From positions 1 through 5,696 of the forward strand of contig NZ_JBHSTI010000028.1 in NCBI RefSeq assembly GCF_042660085.1: DNA of 5,696 nt, in the 5' to 3' direction. The notes under the pieces are model-generated. The model made no database searches. It had not been told where the DNA came from and saw only the letters and a program-made list of their open reading frames with translations. Of this stretch, positions 4,968-5,696 are shown one piece after another. Source of the stretch: Longivirga aurantiaca (lineage in GTDB: Bacteria; Actinomycetota; Actinomycetes; S36-B12; CAIYMF01). Numbering within the stretch: position 1 is the first letter of the stretch; each line of letters begins with the position of its first letter. The translations under genes were made by a program, and so were the position numbers.

Positions 4968-5462
4968 GTGTCCCTCGACCCCACCGCCCGCGACATCCTG
5001 GTCATCGTCTCGCTCGTCGTGGGGGTCCTCGGCTTCGTCGTGGCGCTCGTGGCGTTCCTGTGGATCCGCAAGGCCCGGCGCGATCTCGCGCTCCTCGCGG
5101 CCGACGGCGACAACGACTCCTTCATCGGCGCTGTCGCGCGCAAGACCGAGGAGGTCCAGGCCCTGCGCAGCGAGGTCGACGACCTGGCCGCGCTCCTCGC
5201 CCAGACCCGCACCGAGCTGTCGGACGCGATCCGGCACGTCAGCGTCGTGCGCTACGACGCCTTCGGCGACATGGGTGGGCGGCTGTCGTTCTCGGCGGCG
5301 ATGCTCGACGACGGCGGCGACGGCCTCGTGCTCACCTCGATCCACGGCCGGTCCGAGACCCGCTCGTACATCAAGGGCGTGAAGTCGGGGCAGAGCGAGG
5401 CCTCGCTGTCGCCCGAGGAGCTGCAGGCGATCAGCTTCGCCCTGCGCGGCCGCTCGGCCTGA
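4968..5462 (+). CDS. DUF4446-type protein (N-terminal TM helix, coiled-coil segment, conserved C-terminal domain), 164 aa
   Basis: This is the 3' part of track ORF 4650..5462. From GTG 4968 the product reads VSLDPTARDILVIVSLVVGVLGFVVALVAFLWIRK..., and the characteristic VRYDAFGDMGGRLSFSAAMLDDGGDGLVLTSIHGRSETRSYIKGV block follows. The portion of the ORF upstream of 4968 is Arg/Pro-rich and is antisense to the neighbouring gene. The stop is TGA 5460-5462. Confidence 0.8.
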   Translation: MSLDPTARDILVIVSLVVGVLGFVVALVAFLWIRKARRDLALLAADGDNDSFIGAVARKTEEVQALRSEVDDLAALLAQTRTELSDAIRHVSVVRYDAFGDMGGRLSFSAAMLDDGGDGLVLTSIHGRSETRSYIKGVKSGQSEASLSPEELQAISFALRGRSA

Positions 5463-5481
5463 TCGGGCGCAGGAGCTCTCG

Positions 5482-5696
5482 TGAGCACGCAGCCCGGCTG
5501 GCCGGAGCATCTTCCGGTCTCGGCGGTGCGCATCGCCCGCCCCACCGACCGGCTCGCGGAGTGCGTGGCGTTCTACGTCGAGGGCCTCGGGCTCGCGCAT
5601 CTCGGCGGCTTCGACGGGCACGCGGGCTACGAGGGCGTCTTCCTGGGCCTGCCCGGTGAGCAGGTGCACCTCGAGCTCACCAGCCACGTCGACGGC
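5482..5696 (+). CDS. VOC (glyoxalase / bleomycin-resistance / dioxygenase fold) family protein, N-terminal portion; continues past the window end
   Basis: This gene is absent from the ORF track because it has no in-window stop. GTG 5482 is preceded by AGGAG (5472-5476) with a 5-nt spacer. My own translation is VSTQPGWPEHLPVSAVRIARPTDRLAECVAFYVEGLGLAHLGGFDGHAGYEGVFLGLPGEQVHLELTSHVDG. This is a typical VOC beta-alpha-beta-beta-beta N-terminal module, and GC3 is high. Confidence 0.8.

Noticed and set aside
3886-5382. 498 aa plus-strand ORF spanning the channel-like gene (antisense), the divergent spacer and part of the DUF4446 gene (off-frame)
   Set aside because: The product is extremely Arg/Asp/Gly/Pro-rich with no hydrophobic core or motif. 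It crosses an obvious divergent promoter region, and both overlapped genes have much better coding signatures.
4727-5687. ORFs 4727..5659 (+), 4866..5687 (-), 4892..5212 (-) and 5252..5545 (-)
   Set aside because: They run across the DUF4446 stop, the AGGAG ribosome-binding site and the VOC start, and encode Arg/Pro-rich low-complexity sequence. They are shadow ORFs.
1-5696. Scan for tRNA, rRNA, CRISPR repeats, IS or transposon ends, integrase, toxin-antitoxin or defence-system hallmarks
   Set aside because: No cloverleaf-compatible segments or regularly spaced direct repeats were seen. There are no terminal inverted repeats flanking a transposase-like ORF and no nuclease, ATPase or methyltransferase motifs. 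The window looks like core chromosome rather than an accessory island.

Overview
Very GC-rich DNA with strong third-codon-position GC bias in all real genes. It looks like ordinary chromosomal sequence from a high-GC actinobacterium, possibly Microbacteriaceae-like; that taxon guess is inferred from protein style only. I support seven protein-coding genes. (1) The 3' end of an FAD-linked (GlcD-like) oxidase. (2) A glycerophosphodiester phosphodiesterase with a low-complexity insertion. (3) A SEC-C-motif DUF5926-type protein. (4) On the minus strand, a roughly 376 aa membrane protein of unknown function with a degenerate channel-pore-like segment. (5) A UPF0016/GDT1-TMEM165-family cation transporter, whose start codon overlaps the stop codon of gene 4 (ATGA). 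(6) A DUF4446-type single-pass membrane protein. (7) The 5' end of a VOC/glyoxalase-fold protein. I found no tRNA, rRNA, CRISPR array, IS element or phage/defence hallmark. The two most interesting items are the uncharacterised channel-like/UPF0016 gene pair and the 302-bp convergent intergenic region (2805-3106). That region contains two long hairpins, C-rich/G-rich tracts, an AT-rich island and promoter- and terminator-like signals, and could encode a small RNA. Many long ORFs in the supplied track are antisense or off-frame shadow ORFs typical of high-GC DNA and are rejected. All start codons are inferred and all functional calls rest on recognised motifs, because no search could be run.
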